Below, piece by piece: positions 17,307 through 27,705 of a stretch of 41,003 nucleotides of DNA. Within the stretch, counting starts at the first letter, position 1, and each line of letters starts with the position of its first letter. The position numbers and the translations under genes were made by a program. The stretch is from Pseudomonadota bacterium. Its GTDB lineage: Bacteria; Pseudomonadota; Gammaproteobacteria; Burkholderiales; Burkholderiaceae_C. The stretch spans positions 1 through 41,003 of the forward strand of contig JAFECZ010000001.1 of the NCBI GenBank assembly GCA_018241905.1, read 5' to 3'. A model generated the notes under the pieces. The model was given only the letters and a program-made list of their open reading frames with translations, ran no database searches and was not told the origin of the DNA.

Positions 17307-19541
17307 ATGAACACGACGACGCAACCTTCCCTGCAAAGTACCGACCTCCTGGTGGGCGGCATGACCTGTGCCTCTTGCGTGAACCGCGTGGAGCGCGCCC
17401 TGATGCGCGTGCCCGGCGTGCAGGAGGCCTCGGTCAACCTGGCCACCGAATCGGCCCGCGTGGTGGCCGCGCCTTCGCCCGACCTGCAGGCCCGGCTGCG
17501 TCGGGCGGTTCGCCAGGCCGGCTACGAGCCCCGCGAGGCATCGGCGGACGATGAAGCGGCGGCTGCCTCGCCCTGGGCGGGCTTCATGCCCGTCGGGGTG
17601 GGCTTGCTGCTGTCGGCGCCGCTGCTGGCGCCCATGCTGCTGGAGCCCCTGGGCGTGCACTGGATGCTGCCGCCGTGGGCGCAGTTCCTGCTGGCCTTGC
17701 CGGTGCAGTTCTGGCTGGGCGCGCGTTTCTACCGGGCGGGCTGGCACGCCGCGCGCGCCGGCACGGGCAACATGGACCTGCTGGTGGCGCTGGGTACCAG
17801 CGCGGCCTTCGGCCTGTCGCTGTGGCTGTGGTGGCGCGCGCCGGCCGGCGGCATGCCGCACCTCTACTTCGAGGCGGCTGCGGTGGTCATCACGCTCATT
17901 CTTCTGGGCAAGTGGCTGGAGTCGCGCGCCAAGCGGCAAGCCACATCGGCCATCCGCGCGCTGCAGGCGCTGCGGCCGGACATTGCCCATGTGCTCGATG
18001 CGAAGACCGGCAAGGAATCCGATGTGCCGGTGGGCGAGCTGCTGGCGGGCGACCGGCTGTCGGTGCGCGCCGGCGAGCGCGTGCCCGCCGACGGCGTGGT
18101 GGTCGAGGGCCGCTCTTCGGTGGATGAATCAATGCTCACCGGCGAGCCGCTGCCCGTGGCCAAGGCGCCGGGCGAAGACCTGACCGGCGGCTCGGTCAAC
18201 GGCGAAGGCCGGCTGGTGATGCAAGTGCGCACGGTGGGCGCCGAGAGCGTGTTGTCGCGCATCATTCGCCTGGTCGAGGACGCGCAGGCAGCCAAGGCGC
18301 CGATCCAGCAACTGGTCGACAAGGTGGCGGCCGTGTTCGTGCCGGTGGTGCTGGTGATTGCGCTGGTCACGCTGCTGGGCTGGCTGGCCGCAGGCGCCGG
18401 CATCGAGCAGGCCTTGATCCACGCCGTGGCGGTGCTGGTGATTGCCTGTCCGTGTGCGCTCGGCCTGGCAACGCCGGTGGCCGTGATGGCGGGCACGGGC
18501 GTGGCGGCGCGGCGGGGCATCCTGATCAAGGATGCGCGCGCGCTGGAGCTTGCGCACCGGGTGGACACGGTGGCCTTCGACAAGACCGGCACGCTGACCG
18601 TCGGCAAGCCGACCCTGACCCGTTTGTTGCCTCTGCCGGGCGTGGCCATGGACGAGCGCGCCTTGCTGTCCGCCGCCGCCGCACTGCAAAGCGGCAGCAC
18701 GCACCCGCTGGCGCGCGCGGTGCTCGATTCGGCTGCGGCACAGGGCGTGGCTTTCGATGGCGCTGTGCGCGATCTGCGGGCTGTGGATGGCCGGGGCATG
18801 CGCGGGCGCCTGGTGACGGGCGAGGGTGAGGGCGACGAATGGGCGCTGGCCAGCCTGCGCTGGTGCGAGGAATTGGGCGCGCCGGTGCAGCCGGAGTTGC
18901 TGGCGCAGCTGCAGGCGCAGGGCGCGACCACCTCGGCATTGCTGCGCTTCGACGCGCAAGGACGGGCACAGGTGACGGCACTGCTGGCCTTCGCCGACGA
19001 GCCCAAGCCCGAAGCGGCCCATGCCGTGGCCAGGCTTCGCGCGCGCGGCTTGCGGGTGGTGATGATCTCGGGCGACAACCGCCGCGCGGCACAGGCCATG
19101 GCCGAGCGCGTGGGCATTGCCGCCGAGGACGTGCGCGCCGAGGTGCTGCCCGGCGACAAGGCGGCGGTGGTGCAGGCGCTGCGCACCGACGGCCATGTGG
19201 TGGCCATGGTGGGCGACGGTGCCAACGATGCGCCGGCGCTTGCTGCGGCAGACGTGGGCCTGGCCATGGCGCACGGCACCGACGTGGCCATGGAAGCCGC
19301 CGGCATCACCCTCATGCGTGGCGATGTGTCGCTGGTGGCCGACGCCTTCGACCTGTCGGCACGCACCGTGGCCAAGATCCGGCAGAACCTGTTCTGGGCC
19401 TTTGCCTACAACGTGGCCGGCATTCCGTTGGCGGCCATCGGCCTGCTCAGCCCGGTGGTGGCCGGTGCGGCCATGGCGCTGTCGAGCGTGAGCGTGATGG
19501 CCAACGCGCTGCTCTTGCGGCGCTGGCGGCCGCGCGCCTGA
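17307..19541 (+). CDS. copA: Cu(I)-translocating P1B-type ATPase
   Basis: [40 protein letters not shown] and MALSS motifs. Confidence 0.95.
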   Translation: MNTTTQPSLQSTDLLVGGMTCASCVNRVERALMRVPGVQEASVNLATESARVVAAPSPDLQARLRRAVRQAGYEPREASADDEAAAASPWAGFMPVGVGLLLSAPLLAPMLLEPLGVHWMLPPWAQFLLALPVQFWLGARFYRAGWHAARAGTGNMDLLVALGTSAAFGLSLWLWWRAPAGGMPHLYFEAAAVVITLILLGKWLESRAKRQATSAIRALQALRPDIAHVLDAKTGKESDVPVGELLAGDRLSVRAGERVPADGVVVEGRSSVDESMLTGEPLPVAKAPGEDLTGGSVNGEGRLVMQVRTVGAESVLSRIIRLVEDAQAAKAPIQQLVDKVAAVFVPVVLVIALVTLLGWLAAGAGIEQALIHAVAVLVIACPCALGLATPVAVMAGTGVAARRGILIKDARALELAHRVDTVAFDKTGTLTVGKPTLTRLLPLPGVAMDERALLSAAAALQSGSTHPLARAVLDSAAAQGVAFDGAVRDLRAVDGRGMRGRLVTGEGEGDEWALASLRWCEELGAPVQPELLAQLQAQGATTSALLRFDAQGRAQVTALLAFADEPKPEAAHAVARLRARGLRVVMISGDNRRAAQAMAERVGIAAEDVRAEVLPGDKAAVVQALRTDGHVVAMVGDGANDAPALAAADVGLAMAHGTDVAMEAAGITLMRGDVSLVADAFDLSARTVAKIRQNLFWAFAYNVAGIPLAAIGLLSPVVAGAAMALSSVSVMANALLLRRWRPRA

Positions 19542-19587
19542 TCGGGGGCCTGATCGGGCGCCCGTCGCCAACGCCTTGCCTTCTTCT

Positions 19588-20745
19588 TCAGTTCGGGGCG
19601 CCTGGCCGGGCCGTCTGGTCGAGCAGCGAGATCGCGGCGTCGCTCAGGATCTTGTGGCCCCGCGGCGTGGGATGGAAGGCGTCAGACCAGAAGTAGGTCT
19701 GCGCCGCATCGGGTGCCACCAGGGTCGAGGCCGTGCAGTAGCTGGCGCTGCTGGTGGGCGTGGTGTTGTTGCAGGCGGGCGCCTGCGTGTTCACCAGGCC
19801 GTACTTCTGCGGGTTGGCCAGCACGTCGGCAAAGGCGTTGCCGGTGTCCAGGTACACCACGCCCGCCAGGCCGGCCACGCCGTCGTGCAGGATCTGGTTG
19901 AAGCGCGCGGTCCATTCGCCGATCTGCGTGGCCGTCACCGGGGTGTAGCAGCCGGTGGCCTGGTAGGCCGCGCTCAGGTAGTACTGGCCGAACGGGTTGC
20001 CGCTCCAGTCGGACGCCGAGGCCACCAGCACCAGCGGCGCGCCGTGGCCCACCAGCCGTGCGATGTTGGCGACCTGGGCGCGCGCGGCGCTCTCGATCTG
20101 CGCGGTGGCAATGGCGATGGTCGTCTTGCCGCTGCCGAGCTGGTTGTCGTCCGTGCCCCAGCAGACGGCGCTGAACTGCGCGTAGGTGTCGTTGCCCCCG
20201 CCGTCGATCACCACCAGCTCCTTGGCGCCGACCTTGTCGTGCGTCGCGAAGTAATGGTCGATCTGCGTGGCCACCGGGGCCACGAGCTGGTTGTTTCCCA
20301 CACCGCTTTCGCTGGGCAGCGCCGCCACGCGAGCCCCGCCTTCGGCGTAGCCGTTGCCCCCGAGCACGCTGGCCGTGCCCACCGCGGTGGTGGCGCCGTA
20401 GCTGGCGTCCTTGTCCATGGTGAGCGAGCGGTTGGGTGTGAGCGCCAGGCCGTAGTACGCCGCGATGTTCTCCACCCAGATCGCGCCGGGGTTGACCGTG
20501 AACTTGCCGTGATTGGCCGGATCGCCCGTGGTGACGGCGTAGGTGCCGACGTCGCTCAGGCTGTCGCCGAAGACGGTGATGGCGTCGACCTTCAGGCGCG
20601 TGTCGGCGGGTGCCGAGGGCGCGGCTGGTGCTTGCGCTTGCGCTGCAGCGGGAGTGTCGTTGCCGCCGCCGCAGGCGGCAAGGGATGCAAGGGTGATGGC
20701 GGCGAGCAGTGCTGCGCCAGTGCGCGTGGTGCGCGTGAGCTTCAT
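19588..20745 (-). CDS. SGNH/GDSL hydrolase family lipoprotein
   Basis: Lipobox LAAC; FGDSLSD, GGGND, DAFHPT blocks. Confidence 0.88.
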   Translation of the reverse strand: MKLTRTTRTGAALLAAITLASLAACGGGNDTPAAAQAQAPAAPSAPADTRLKVDAITVFGDSLSDVGTYAVTTGDPANHGKFTVNPGAIWVENIAAYYGLALTPNRSLTMDKDASYGATTAVGTASVLGGNGYAEGGARVAALPSESGVGNNQLVAPVATQIDHYFATHDKVGAKELVVIDGGGNDTYAQFSAVCWGTDDNQLGSGKTTIAIATAQIESAARAQVANIARLVGHGAPLVLVASASDWSGNPFGQYYLSAAYQATGCYTPVTATQIGEWTARFNQILHDGVAGLAGVVYLDTGNAFADVLANPQKYGLVNTQAPACNNTTPTSSASYCTASTLVAPDAAQTYFWSDAFHPTPRGHKILSDAAISLLDQTARPGAPN

Positions 20746-20922
20746 TCGCGGTCTCCGAGTTGTTTTCGATGTCGCCTCTTGCACCAGGTGGTGCGAGGGG
20801 CGAATCGATGCTCGGACCGAGGGCGGCCCGCCCGCGTCGCATGCACGACACGAGGCGGGCCGCTGTGGAGCACGCGCAACGCGCGGCAGGCCGCGCTAAG
20901 CGCCAAGACTTAAGCCTGGCCT

Positions 20923-22026
20923 TCAGGCCAGCGCCGGATAGTCGATGTAGCCCTTGGCGCCGCCGCCGTAGAAGGTGGTCTTGTCCCAGGCGTTGAGCGG
21001 TGCATCTTCGCGCAGGCGGCGCACCAGGTCGGGGTTGGAGATGAAGGCCTTGCCGAATGCGACCAGGTCGGCACCTTCGGCGAGCGCCTTTTCGGCCAGC
21101 ACCTTGTCGTAGCCGTTGTTCACCATCCAGGCGGCCTGGCCGCCGGCCTTGCGGTATGCCGCCTTGAGGGCAGGGTAGTCGAAGGGGCGGTCGGCCAGCT
21201 CGCGGGGGCCGCCGGTGGCACCTTCGATCACGTGCACATAGGCCAGGCCCAGGGGCGCCAGCTCGCGCATCACGTATTCGAACAACGGCTGCGGGTCGGC
21301 GTCCACCACGTCGTTGGCGGGCGTGACGGGCGACAGGCGGATGCCGGTGCGGCCGCCGCCCACGGCCTGCACCACGGCGCGGGCCACTTCGATGAGCAGG
21401 CGCGCACGGTTCTCGATGCTGCCGCCATAGGCGTCTTCGCGATGGTTGCTGCCGGTCTTGAGGAACTGGTCGAGCAGGTAGCCGTTGGCCGCGTGGATCT
21501 CCACGCCGTCGAAGCCGGCGCTTTGCACGGCATAGCGGGCGGCGCGCTCGTAGTCGTGCACGATGCCGGGCAGCTCGGTGAGCTGCAGCGCCCGGGGCTC
21601 GGAGGTGTCGACGAAGGTGGGCACGCCGTCCTTGATCAGCACCGTCTTGGTCTTGGCGGCGATGGCGGAGGGGGCGACGGGCTGGCCGCCGGCGGGCTGC
21701 AGGTCGTTGTGCGAAACGCGGCCCACGTGCCAGAGCTGCGTGACGATCTTGCCGCCGTTGGCGTGCACCGCGTCGGTGACGCGCTTCCAGGCCAGCAGCT
21801 GCTCGGGCGCATACAGGCCCGGCACGTCGGCATAGCCCTGGCCTTGCTGGCTGATGGCCGTGGCTTCGCTGATGAGCAGGCCTGCAGAGGCCCGCTGGGA
21901 GTAATAGGTGGCGGTGATGTCCTGCGGCACCGCGTTGGGAGAGCGGTTGCGCGTGAGCGGTGCCATGACGATGCGGTTGGCGAGTTGGAGCTCACCCGCC
22001 TGGACTGGGTCGAACAGAGTTTTCAT
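20923..22026 (-). CDS. nemA: Alkene reductase (old yellow enzyme, NemA/XenB-like)
   Basis: NRIVMAPLTRNR, QLWHVGR, EIHAANGYLLDQFL, YGGSIENRAR, GYIDYP. Confidence 0.9.
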   Translation of the reverse strand: MKTLFDPVQAGELQLANRIVMAPLTRNRSPNAVPQDITATYYSQRASAGLLISEATAISQQGQGYADVPGLYAPEQLLAWKRVTDAVHANGGKIVTQLWHVGRVSHNDLQPAGGQPVAPSAIAAKTKTVLIKDGVPTFVDTSEPRALQLTELPGIVHDYERAARYAVQSAGFDGVEIHAANGYLLDQFLKTGSNHREDAYGGSIENRARLLIEVARAVVQAVGGGRTGIRLSPVTPANDVVDADPQPLFEYVMRELAPLGLAYVHVIEGATGGPRELADRPFDYPALKAAYRKAGGQAAWMVNNGYDKVLAEKALAEGADLVAFGKAFISNPDLVRRLREDAPLNAWDKTTFYGGGAKGYIDYPALA

Positions 22027-22037
22027 GGGGAATTGAG

Positions 22038-22085
22038 GTGAACCAAGGGTATTGAGATGGCCCCTAGGGTAAACCCTTGGTTCAC
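22038..22085. repeat. 13-bp perfect inverted repeat between gstA and nemA
   Basis: GTGAACCAAGGGT (22038-22050) ... ACCCTTGGTTCAC (22073-22085). Confidence 0.7.
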
Positions 22086-22114
22086 ATCGTGCTGTCACCG
22101 ACTGGTCACAGCCC

Positions 22115-22723
22115 TTACTTCAGCAGGCCTTCCGCCTTCATGGCCGTCTGCACCGCCGGGCGGGCCGACACGCGTTCGCGGTAGGCCACCAGGTTGGCCA
22201 GGCCGCCGATGTCCACGTTGGTGGGCTTGGCCCAGTTGGTCACGGTGAACAGGTAGCCGTCGGCCACGCTGAAGTGATCGCCCATGAGGTACTGCTTGCC
22301 ATCGAGCTGGCCGTTCACCCAGGTCAGGCGGGACACCAGCTTGTCGCGGCAGATGGCCTTGTATTCCTCGGGGGTGTCCGCACGGAACAGCGGGCTGAAG
22401 GTCTTGTGCACTTCGGTGCCGATGAAGGTCAGCCATTCCTGCAGGCGGTAGCGCTGCAGCGTGCCGTTGGCAGGGGCCAGGTTCTTGGTGGGTGCCTGGT
22501 CGGCGATGTATTGAACGATGGCCGGGCCTTCGCGCAGCAGGGTACCGTCGTCCAGCTCGAGCAGGGGTACATAGCCCAGCGGGTTGATGCCGTAGTAGTC
22601 GGTGCCGTCCTGAAGCTTGTGGGACTTGGTGCTGGCCAGCACGGGTTCGAAGGCCAGCCCGGCTTCGTGCAGGGCGATGTGCGGCGACAGCGAACAGGCG
22701 CCCGGCGAGTAATACAGCTTCAT
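22115..22723 (-). CDS. gstA: Glutathione S-transferase (beta class)
   Basis: MKLYYSPGACSLSPHI, NPLGYVP, EGPAIVQYIAD, TEVHK. Confidence 0.93.
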   Translation of the reverse strand: MKLYYSPGACSLSPHIALHEAGLAFEPVLASTKSHKLQDGTDYYGINPLGYVPLLELDDGTLLREGPAIVQYIADQAPTKNLAPANGTLQRYRLQEWLTFIGTEVHKTFSPLFRADTPEEYKAICRDKLVSRLTWVNGQLDGKQYLMGDHFSVADGYLFTVTNWAKPTNVDIGGLANLVAYRERVSARPAVQTAMKAEGLLK

Positions 22724-22913
22724 GCGGAAACTCCTTCTTGGTGGTTTGAAGTCATAAGGAAAAAAGCTGTTCGGATCCTAGCGGGTTCAGCCCGGGGGCT
22801 TGTCCTACGGGGCATTGCGGGGCGCGCCGATGCGGCGCGCGGTCGTGGCTGCCTACGCTGGGCGCAGGTGGAATTTCGCGCATGCGTGACTCCACCGGGC
22901 AGGAGACAAGTCC

Positions 22914-23102
22914 ATGTTGAAGTACGCCATCATCTTTGCGCTGATTGCGCTTGTGGCCGGAGCGCTGGGCTTTTCCGGCCTGGCGGCAGCGTCGGCGGTC
23001 ATTGCCAAGATGCTGTTCGGCCTGTTCCTGATGTTGGCGGTGGTCTTCTGCGTGCTGGCGGCGCTGGGCGTGGGGGCCGTGAAGAAAATCATTGACGACT
23101 GA
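22914..23102 (+). CDS. DUF1328 (YtjA-like) small membrane protein
   Basis: [30 protein letters not shown]; AGGAG SD. Confidence 0.85.
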   Translation: MLKYAIIFALIALVAGALGFSGLAAASAVIAKMLFGLFLMLAVVFCVLAALGVGAVKKIIDD

Positions 23103-23321
23103 CCATGCCGCCGCTTTTTCGCCCGCTGCGCTGGCGCGGCGGACGCCGTACCGAATCCTCTGCGCCGGCGTTGTCTTCGACAGCGCCCAGGCCGAGCCCC
23201 GCGCAGCGGGTGGTGCGCGTGTTGCAGGTCACCTTGGCCAACTGGCCCATACTGCCAAGCGGTCGTCGCAAGCGGCGAAGCCCGCCGCCGGACGGCGATC
23301 CGCCCATCTGAACGACTCGAT

Positions 23322-23339
23322 TGCTATAAAAACGATAGC
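23322..23339. repeat. AT-cored dyad TGCTAT-N7-ATAGC (copy 1)
   Basis: TGCTAT-AAAAACG-ATAGC; related copy at 27684-27701. Confidence 0.5.
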
Positions 23340-23476
23340 GCCATAGTCAGGTTCTACGAGGCCTGGACGGCCTTGGGGTTGATGGGGCAGGGGGGTGCGC
23401 GATTGGCGTGCACCGACTAAAATTGCGGGTTCTCCCCGATCCGCAGCGCAAGCGACATTTGCGCCCCCTTTTCCAC

Positions 23477-25423
23477 ATGCTCTATCCAGAAGAATTCGAC
23501 GTCATCGTCGTTGGCGGCGGCCATGCCGGCACCGAAGCCGCCTTGGCCGCGGCCCGCATGGGCGCGCGCACGCTGCTCCTTTCGCACAACATCGAGACCT
23601 TGGGGCAGATGAGCTGCAACCCCTCGATCGGCGGCATCGGAAAGGGGCACCTGGTGAAAGAGGTGGACGCGCTCGGCGGCGCCATGGGCCTGGCCACGGA
23701 CGAGGCAGGCATCCAGTTCCGGATCCTCAACTCCAGCAAGGGGCCGGCGGTGCGTGCGACCCGTGCGCAGGCTGACCGCATTCTGTACAAGGCCGCCATC
23801 CGGCGCCGGCTGGAGAACCAGCCCAATCTGCAGCTTTTCCAGCAAGCGGTCGACGACCTGATGGTGGAGGGCGACCGCGTGGTGGGCGCCGTCACGCAGG
23901 TGGGCATCGCGTTCCGGGCCCGGACGGTGGTGCTGACGGCGGGCACGTTCCTGGATGGCCGTATCCATGTGGGCTTGGACAACTACCAGGCTGGCCGTGC
24001 GGGCGACCCGCCGGCGGTCAGCCTTTCGGCGCGGCTGAAGGAGTTGAAGCTGCCGCAGGGCCGCCTGAAGACCGGCACGCCGCCGCGCCTGGATGGCCGG
24101 ACCATCGACTTCTCGAAGTGCACCGAGCAGCCCGGCGACGGCATGCCGGGCGGAGCCACGCCGCAGATGCCGGTGTTCAGCTTCATGGGCCGGGCCGACA
24201 TGCACCCGCAGCAGATGCCCTGCTGGATCACCCACACCAACGAGCGCACGCACGACATCATTCGCTCCGGCTTCGACCGCAGCCCGATGTTCACCGGCAA
24301 GATCGAAGGGGTGGGGCCGCGCTATTGCCCGAGCGTGGAGGACAAGATCAATCGCTTCGCCGACAAGGACAGCCACCAGATCTTCCTGGAGCCCGAAGGC
24401 CTGACGACCAACGAGTACTACCCGAACGGCATTTCCACCAGCCTGCCTTTCGACATCCAGTACGCACTGGTGCGGTCGCTGCCCGGGCTGGAGAACGCCC
24501 ACATCCTGCGGCCAGGCTACGCCATCGAATACGACTACTTCGATCCGCGCGGGCTGCTCAGCAGCTTCGAGACCCGCTCGATCAAGGGCTTGTTCTTTGC
24601 CGGACAAATCAACGGCACCACGGGTTACGAAGAGGCGGCGGCGCAGGGCCTGTTTGCCGGCATCAACGCCGCGTTGCAGTGCCGGGGCGAAGAGGCGTGG
24701 GTGCCGCGCCGCGACGAAGCCTACTTGGGCGTGCTGGTGGACGACCTGATCACCAAGGGTGTGACCGAGCCCTACCGTATGTTCACCAGCCGCGCCGAGT
24801 TCCGCTTGCAGCTTCGCGAAGACAACGCCGATATGCGTCTGACCGAGATCGGTCGAAAGCTGGGCTTGGTCGATGACGAACGATGGGATGCCTTCTCGCG
24901 CAAGCGGGATGCTGTTTCACGTGAAACAGAGCGGCTGAAATCCATCTGGGTGAATCCCCGCAACCTGCCGGCCAGCGAATCCGAGCGCGTGCTGGGCAAG
25001 GCCATCGAGCGCGAATACAACCTGGCGGACCTGCTGCGCCGGCCACAGGTGAGCTACGCCGACCTCATGTCCCTGGATGGCGGCAAGTACGCGGCCGGGG
25101 AGGGCGGCGAACTCAATGCCACCGAGATCGAGCAACTCGAGATCAGCGCCAAGTATTCGGGCTACATCAATCGCCAGCACGACGAAGTAGAGCGCTCTGC
25201 CCACTTCGAGACCATGAAGCTGCCGGCGGACCTGGACTATTCCCAGGTGTCGGCACTCAGCATAGAGGTGCGTCAGAAGCTCAGCAAGCACCGTCCGGAA
25301 ACGTTGGGGCAGGCGTCGCGCATCTCCGGTGTCACCCCCGCCGCAATCTCGCTCCTGCTGATTCACTTGCGCAAAGGCGGCTATCGGGCCTTCGCTGCGC
25401 CGGCGGAAGCGACGGCGGAATGA
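23477..25423 (+). CDS. mnmG: tRNA uridine-5-carboxymethylaminomethyl modification enzyme MnmG (GidA)
   Basis: [46 protein letters not shown]. Start MLYPEEF. Confidence 0.97.
   Translation: MLYPEEFDVIVVGGGHAGTEAALAAARMGARTLLLSHNIETLGQMSCNPSIGGIGKGHLVKEVDALGGAMGLATDEAGIQFRILNSSKGPAVRATRAQADRILYKAAIRRRLENQPNLQLFQQAVDDLMVEGDRVVGAVTQVGIAFRARTVVLTAGTFLDGRIHVGLDNYQAGRAGDPPAVSLSARLKELKLPQGRLKTGTPPRLDGRTIDFSKCTEQPGDGMPGGATPQMPVFSFMGRADMHPQQMPCWITHTNERTHDIIRSGFDRSPMFTGKIEGVGPRYCPSVEDKINRFADKDSHQIFLEPEGLTTNEYYPNGISTSLPFDIQYALVRSLPGLENAHILRPGYAIEYDYFDPRGLLSSFETRSIKGLFFAGQINGTTGYEEAAAQGLFAGINAALQCRGEEAWVPRRDEAYLGVLVDDLITKGVTEPYRMFTSRAEFRLQLREDNADMRLTEIGRKLGLVDDERWDAFSRKRDAVSRETERLKSIWVNPRNLPASESERVLGKAIEREYNLADLLRRPQVSYADLMSLDGGKYAAGEGGELNATEIEQLEISAKYSGYINRQHDEVERSAHFETMKLPADLDYSQVSALSIEVRQKLSKHRPETLGQASRISGVTPAAISLLLIHLRKGGYRAFAAPAEATAE
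24913..24928. promoter_or_regulatory. parS centromere site (inside mnmG)
   Basis: Perfect palindrome TGTTTCACGTGAAACA. Confidence 0.92.
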
Positions 25424-26067
25424 GCGCGGATCGCGAAGCGCTCCTGCGCCAGGGTGCGCAGGCCATGGGCGTGAGCCTGACGGACGCCCAAACTGCCAAG
25501 CTCCTGGCTTACGGCGACCTGATCCTGAAATGGAACAAGGTCTACAACCTCACGGCCCTGCGCGACCCCGCCCAGGTCCTGACGCACCACTTGCTGGACA
25601 GCCTGTCCATCATTGCGCCCCTCCAGCGCCAATGCCCGCGGGCGACGCGCTTGCTTGACGTCGGCTCCGGTGCCGGCCTTCCGGGCGCAGTCATTGCCAT
25701 CATGCGCCCCGAGCTTTCGGTGAGTTGCGTGGATGCGGTGGCCAAGAAGGCGGCATTCATCCGCCAGGTGTCGGCTGAACTCGGGTTGGCCAACCTCAAC
25801 GGCATGCACACCCGGGTCGAATCGATGGGTGGCAGCTACGACGTCATCAGTTCGCGCGCCTTTGCCTCGCTGGCGGATTTCTTCAGCGGCTCGCAGCAGC
25901 TGTTGGCGGACGGGGGCGTCTGGATGGCCATGAAGGGCAAGGTGCCATCCGAAGAAATTGACCAGCTATCTGCGGGCACGGTCGATGTGTTTCACGTGGA
26001 ACAACTCACCGTTCCCGGCCTGGATGCCGAGCGCTGCGTCGTTTGGGCGCGAAAAAGCGCGGGCTGA
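25420..26067 (+). CDS. rsmG: 16S rRNA m7G527 methyltransferase RsmG (GidB)
   Basis: [30 protein letters not shown]; follows mnmG. Confidence 0.95.
   Translation: MSADREALLRQGAQAMGVSLTDAQTAKLLAYGDLILKWNKVYNLTALRDPAQVLTHHLLDSLSIIAPLQRQCPRATRLLDVGSGAGLPGAVIAIMRPELSVSCVDAVAKKAAFIRQVSAELGLANLNGMHTRVESMGGSYDVISSRAFASLADFFSGSQQLLADGGVWMAMKGKVPSEEIDQLSAGTVDVFHVEQLTVPGLDAERCVVWARKSAG
25988..26003. promoter_or_regulatory. parS centromere site (inside rsmG)
   Basis: TGTTTCACGTGGAACA, one mismatch from the perfect palindrome. Confidence 0.88.
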
Positions 26068-26155
26068 GCCACATCAATGGCCCACGGGCCACCCCGCAAG
26101 CGAGTGCCTCGCGTAGACTCGAAGCACTCCCCCACAATCTTTTCTCGGACTCATC

Positions 26156-26770
26156 ATGTTCGGCATTGCTGACTATGGCGCCTTTGTCGCCGCCATCATT
26201 GTTTTCCTCCTCATCCCGGGGCCGGGCAACCTCGCGTTGATCACCTCGACGGGCAAGGGCGGCATCAAGGGCGGCTTGGGCGCCACCATGGGTCTGATCG
26301 TCGGCGACCAATGTCTGCTGTGGGCGGCCGTGGCGGGCGTGGCTGCGCTGCTGGCCGCCTATCCGGCAGCCTTTCATGCGGTCCAGTGGCTGGGCGCTGC
26401 CTACCTGGCCTGGCTGGGCTTCAAGATGCTCCGCACCAAGCCGGGCGCGGGCCCCATCCTCAACATCCGGCCCCAGCAATACGGGCGGCAGGCCTTCTTC
26501 ATCACCTTGCTCAACCCCAAGGCCATCGTCTTCTACATGGCCTTCTTCCCGCTGTTCATCAACCCGGCACAGCACCAGGGGCTGACGACCTTCGGCGTCA
26601 TGGCCCTGACCATTGCGACCCTGACCTTCATCTACGGCCTGACCATGGTGCTGCTGACGCACTTCCTGGCGGAGCGCATTCGCGCCAACCCGAAGATCTC
26701 GGGCGCGCTCGAAAAGCTGGCAGGCATCTTCCTTGTGGGCTTCGGCGTCAAGCTGGCCATTTCGAACTGA
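26156..26770 (+). CDS. LysE/RhtB family amino-acid exporter (LeuE-like)
   Basis: IPGPGN, GAAYLAWLG, TLLNPKAIVFY. Confidence 0.9.
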   Translation: MFGIADYGAFVAAIIVFLLIPGPGNLALITSTGKGGIKGGLGATMGLIVGDQCLLWAAVAGVAALLAAYPAAFHAVQWLGAAYLAWLGFKMLRTKPGAGPILNIRPQQYGRQAFFITLLNPKAIVFYMAFFPLFINPAQHQGLTTFGVMALTIATLTFIYGLTMVLLTHFLAERIRANPKISGALEKLAGIFLVGFGVKLAISN

Positions 26771-26779
26771 CGGCGGGCC

Positions 26780-27655
26780 ATGGCAAGAATCTTCTGCATC
26801 GCCAACCAGAAGGGCGGCGTCGGCAAGACCACCACCACCGTCAACCTCGCAGCAGGGCTGGCCCGGCTGGGCCAGCGGGTGCTCATGATCGACCTCGACC
26901 CGCAAGGCAATGCCACCATGGGTTCGGGGGTGGACAAGCGCCAACTCGAGATGACGGTGTACGACGTGCTGCTGGAATCCGCTTCGGTGGCCGAGGCGCG
27001 CGTCAAGCCCGAGCGCCTGGTGGAGGGTGGTTGCGCCTACGACGTGCTGGGCGCCAACCGCGAGCTGGCGGGCGCCGAGGTCGAAATGGTCACGCTCGAC
27101 CGCCGGGAAAAGCGCCTGCGCACCGCACTCGCAGCCGTGGGCGCCGAATACGACTTCGTGCTGATCGACTGCCCACCCAGCCTGAGCCTGCTGACCTTGA
27201 ACGGCCTGTGCGCGGCACATGGCGTAATCGTGCCCATGCAGTGCGAGTACTTCGCGCTCGAAGGCCTGACCGACCTGGTCAACACCATCAAGCAGGTGCA
27301 CGCCAACCTCAACAAGAACCTGCAGATCATCGGGCTTCTGCGCGTCATGTTCGATCCGCGCATCACCCTGCAGCAGCAGGTGAGCGACCAGCTCAAGGCG
27401 CATTTCGGCGAGAAGGTTTTCGACACGGTCATTCCCCGCAACGTCCGGCTGGCCGAGGCGCCCAGCTACGGCCTGCCTGGCGTGGTTTTCGATGCATCCG
27501 CCAAGGGCAGCCAGGCCTTCATCAGCTTTGCCGAAGAAATGATCAAGAAGATGCCGCCGGCCCAGCCTGCATCCGCGGTGGCGCCGGAGCCGCCGGAAGC
27601 CCCCGCCGTCCTGCCGGCCGTCGCGGCGGCACCCGTAGAAATCGAACAAAAATAA
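26780..27655 (+). CDS. parA: Chromosome partitioning ATPase ParA/Soj
   Basis: NQKGGVGKTT, DLDPQGNAT, DCPPSL, QCEYFALEG, IPRNVRLAEAPSYG. Confidence 0.96.
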   Translation: MARIFCIANQKGGVGKTTTTVNLAAGLARLGQRVLMIDLDPQGNATMGSGVDKRQLEMTVYDVLLESASVAEARVKPERLVEGGCAYDVLGANRELAGAEVEMVTLDRREKRLRTALAAVGAEYDFVLIDCPPSLSLLTLNGLCAAHGVIVPMQCEYFALEGLTDLVNTIKQVHANLNKNLQIIGLLRVMFDPRITLQQQVSDQLKAHFGEKVFDTVIPRNVRLAEAPSYGLPGVVFDASAKGSQAFISFAEEMIKKMPPAQPASAVAPEPPEAPAVLPAVAAAPVEIEQK

Positions 27656-27657
27656 GC

Positions 27658-27701
27658 TAAAGCCTTGCCCAGCAAGGCTTTATTGCTATCAATTTAGTAG
27701 C
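27658..27701. repeat. Hairpin plus TGCTAT-N7-GTAGC dyad (copy 2); REP-like element or terminator
   Basis: TAAAGCCTTGC-CCA-GCAAGGCTTTA (11-bp stem) followed by TGCTATCAATTTAGTAGC. Confidence 0.55.
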
Positions 27702-27705
27702 GAAC

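Noticed and set aside
19536-19558. Direct repeat GCCTGATCGGG x2 at the end of copA
   Set aside because: Only two adjacent copies, probably a local duplication; no array or flanking element.
20781-20794. GCACC-AGGT-GGTGC dyad upstream of the SGNH lipoprotein, matching the HxlR-operator pattern
   Set aside because: A short GC-rich dyad is plausible by chance at this composition; spacing does not fit NtrC; no other support.
23089-23346. Short ORFs between DUF1328 and mnmG
   Set aside because: No recognisable motif or SD and low-complexity composition; cannot be supported, though a small gene is not excluded.
23469-23477. DnaA-box-like TTTTCCACA before mnmG; possible oriC
   Set aside because: Single box overlapping the start codon; no box cluster and no extended AT-rich unwinding element.
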